47,140 bases of DNA from the NCBI GenBank assembly GCA_030141605.1, contig JAQGDQ010001326.1, positions 1 to 47,140 on the forward strand, in the 5' to 3' direction. The stretch's first letter is position 1. Each line of letters starts with the position of its first letter. Positions 45,675 through 47,140 of the stretch are shown piece by piece. This DNA comes from Tubiluchus corallicola. Taxonomy: Eukaryota > Animalia > Priapulida. The notes under the pieces were generated by a model. It did no database searches. It saw only the letters and a program-made list of their open reading frames with translations, and had not been told where the DNA came from. The position numbers were made by a program, and so were the translations under genes.

Positions 45675-46555
45675 AACTAATACTACTACAAATACTACTA
45701 ATAGTACCACCAATACTAGTACTTCTATCAATCTACTAGATAGTGAGGATGTACCAAGACGTTGGCGATAGCGACGACGACTACTATTGTTTTGTTCTAA
45801 TGTTTTCAATTCCTGTTTTCAATACTAGTTGATAATATAATGTATGGCCATCAAGGCAACCTATTACTCACATAAGTCAGTAATCATCTTACTGTTTTAC
45901 AGATCGAGTCCAGGGTCTGTACCTTGATGAAAAAGTTTATAACACCGAGGTTGACCGTCCTCTCTGTTTACGTTTGGCTGCTCAAGACATGGTAGATATT
46001 GAAGACGTAAGCTTTGAATGTGATATGGGAGATTCGCCTAAAACAGGATCATCTGAATTCACTATAACTGCTAGCAGTTTTAGCAGTAACAATTCTGAGT
46101 TTTCCTATTCGCACTGTTACACTTACAGACGTGTAGGATCATATAAACTTACCGTTTCTGGACACGTGAACGGCTCCTTTTTCTGGAACGTAACGGCAAG
46201 TGTCAACGTTACGAAGAAGCCCTGTCAGGCGCACCTTAGCATTGATAATGCTGGGACAAAACCAGATAATGCTGCAAGATATAAAGCTTGGATTACATTT
46301 ACGGTAACGGCAACCTGCCAAATCGAGTGTGACGACCATGATGCTGCTGCCATACGTTATGAGCTAAGCATTTACCGTGCAAATGCTAGCCATCCTCAAC
46401 CAACTGCTGAGAATAATGTTACTGACAAAGTGAAAGTAGAAAATAACTACATGGTGGTGAGGAAAAGAGCTCTCCTACCTGGGATGTACCGAATTGAGGC
46501 AACTGTGAGAGTGAATTTTGTAGATGAATCTAAAGTCATCGAAAACCAGGCTCAG
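33412..46555 (+). CDS. Second polycystin-1/REJ-like gene, 3'-partial. Exons: 33412-33487 (signal peptide), tentative micro-exons 34220-34235, 36928-36958, 38332-38359, then 39045-39212 (TSP1), 42361-42651 (WSC), 44325-44447 (EGF), 45903-46555 (PKD + REJ start)
   Basis: Phase-1 modular exons splice in frame, and WSC, PKD and REJ are polycystin-1 ectodomain modules. The gene continues beyond the window, so the membrane part is not seen. Confidence 0.78.
33553..33738. repeat. Interstitial (TTAGGG)n-like tract enclosed by short inverted repeats (MITE-like)
   Basis: TTTACAATTCCACACAC / GTGTGGGGAATTGTAAA flank degenerate TTAGGG units at about 33592-33710. Confidence 0.75.
34670..36616 (+). mobile_element. 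Long solo LTR (about 1.95 kb), probably Gypsy/Ty3-type
   Basis: Termini TGTAA...TTACA and 4-bp TSD CTAT. GC content is higher than the flanks. Candidate TATAA near 35797 and AATAAA at 36283. Confidence 0.68.
36955..37195. repeat. (GATA/GACA)n and GA-rich microsatellite
   Basis: Seen directly. Confidence 0.9.
39045..39212 (+). CDS. Thrombospondin type-1 (TSP1) domain exon
   Basis: CVWNEWGNWSACNHECGLRIRERR...C....QSWPC, phase 1-1. Confidence 0.9.
39970..40161. mobile_element. Decayed Tc1/pogo (Tigger-like) MITE
   Basis: TA|CAATCGAACCTCGTTATAAC ... GGTATAAAGACTTTCAACTG|TA, imperfect TIRs. Confidence 0.55.
41161..41460 (-). mobile_element. 5'-truncated RTE-clade LINE fragment with (GAA)n tail
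   Basis: The minus strand encodes a decayed EMRMLR*MVGITRRDKIRN..IR..V / RLRWYGH-like RTE C-terminus. 14-bp TSD AGTAGCGAATAAAT at 41147-41160 and 41461-41474. Confidence 0.85.
41702..42170. repeat. (TA)n-rich low-complexity tract
   Basis: Seen directly. Confidence 0.88.
42361..42651 (+). CDS. WSC-like domain exon
   Basis: HIGCRK...QCSRFCFRKDFPFSLITPGQCWC.N......C..C........CG.GG.....Y matches the WSC Cys pattern, phase 1-1. Confidence 0.85.
42675..43174. mobile_element. 500-bp insertion with a long TSD (probable non-LTR retroelement 3' remnant)
   Basis: 14-bp direct repeat AAAAATACGAAAAT at 42661-42674 and 43175-43188. Confidence 0.55.
43351..43892 (-). mobile_element. 5S rRNA-derived SINE (SINE3-type)
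   Basis: A 5S-like head at 43892-43774 reads through without an oligo-T terminator into a GC-rich body of about 420 bp, ending in (CCAA)n. TSD AGAGCATT / AGAACATT. Confidence 0.82.
43774..43892 (-). pseudogene. Diverged 5S rRNA-like sequence (SINE head)
   Basis: GACTACGGTCAAATCACGTTGAAA...CACCGAAGCTAATCAAGG...GGTTAGTTCTTGGATGGGTGACCACCTAGGAATAC.AGGTGCTGTAGGCTT. A and C boxes are recognisable. Confidence 0.85.
44085..44130 (+). ncRNA. Degenerate minimal type I hammerhead ribozyme motif
   Basis: Stem I TTACCA/TGGCAA, core CTG(G)TGA-T, stem II GACA/TGTC, GAAA, minimal palindromic stem III ACGT, GUU triplet. One core mismatch. Confidence 0.55.
44325..44447 (+). CDS. EGF-like domain exon
   Basis: NPCLENPCVNSGTCNPNPEQAGYICNCTLRYTDEHCAT, phase 1-1. 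Confidence 0.92.
44411..45059 (+). repeat. 59-bp tandem repeat (11 copies) of the EGF exon 3' end plus donor
   Basis: Unit TGCACGTTAAGATATACAGATGAACATTGTGCTACAG|gtataaataatgaacattttaa. Confidence 0.96.
45170..45720. repeat. (CTA/CTG/CCA)n compound microsatellite
   Basis: Seen directly. Confidence 0.97.
45903..46555 (+). CDS. PKD-like domain plus N-terminal part of REJ module exon
   Basis: FECDMGDS...SHCYTYRRVGSYKLTVSG..N matches the PKD pattern (WDFGD, HTY...G.Y.VTV). It is followed by PC...LSI...FTVTATCQIEC...VVRKRALLPGMYRIEATV, which is REJ-like. Confidence 0.82.
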
Positions 46556-46579
46556 GTAAGCAATATTCAAACAAATATT

Positions 46580-46688
46580 ATGTTGCTGTTGTTGTCGTCG
46601 TCGTCGTCGTCGTCGTCGTCGTTGTTGTTGTAATTGTCATTGTTGTTGTTGTTGCTGCTGCTGTTGTTGTTGTTGCTGTTGCTGTTAC

Positions 46689-46754
<66 letters not shown>

Positions 46755-46768
46755 CGTTGTCGTTGTCA

Positions 46769-46836
<68 letters not shown>

Positions 46837-46879
46837 ATTGTTATTGTTATTGTTATTGTTATTGTTGTTGTTGTTGTTG

Positions 46880-46958
<79 letters not shown>

Positions 46959-47011
46959 TAATATTATTATTATTATTATTATCATCATCATCATCATCGT
47001 CGTCGTCGTCG

Positions 47012-47049
<38 letters not shown>

Positions 47050-47056
47050 GTTATTA
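46580..47056. repeat. (TTG/TTA/TCA/TCG)n compound microsatellite
   Basis: Seen directly. Confidence 0.97.
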
Positions 47057-47140
47057 TCTAAAATCCATAAAAACAGGAACATATAGACAGCACAAGTAAA
47101 GAAGCACAGAAGTAGTTTACAGCAAACACAGTCTATATGC

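Noticed and set aside
45144-47086. Poly-V/L/P/N/D ORFs
   Set aside because: Trinucleotide microsatellites in introns. Only 45903-46555 is coding.

Overview
AT-rich, repeat-dense animal (invertebrate-looking) genomic DNA with spliceosomal introns, not a prokaryotic region. All protein genes I could reconstruct by hand are on the + strand. (1) The 3' part of a polycystin-1-like (PKD1/PKD1L/REJ family) gene has 14 phase-compatible exons from 226 to 32453, encoding GPS, TM1, PLAT, TM2-5 with an 11x21-aa cytoplasmic repeat, and the polycystin TOP/channel domain. (2) A two-exon secreted LRR-like gene (5329-7296) is nested on the same strand in one of its introns and bracketed by two non-autonomous Helitron-like copies. 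A TACTAAC branch point and an AG directly before its ATG are in frame with the upstream polycystin exon, so a chimeric polycystin-LRR isoform is possible. (3) The 5' part of a second, tandem polycystin/REJ-like gene (signal peptide, TSP1, WSC, EGF, PKD, start of REJ) begins about 1 kb downstream. Three separate tandem amplifications each copy an exon 3' end plus its splice donor. The introns hold hAT and other MITEs, two solo LTRs (one with heat-shock elements), an RTE fragment, a 5S-derived SINE inserted in a palindrome that carries a degenerate hammerhead ribozyme, and many mini- and microsatellites. Most long ORFs in the supplied track are repeat artefacts. No database searches were run, so family calls rest on motif recognition.
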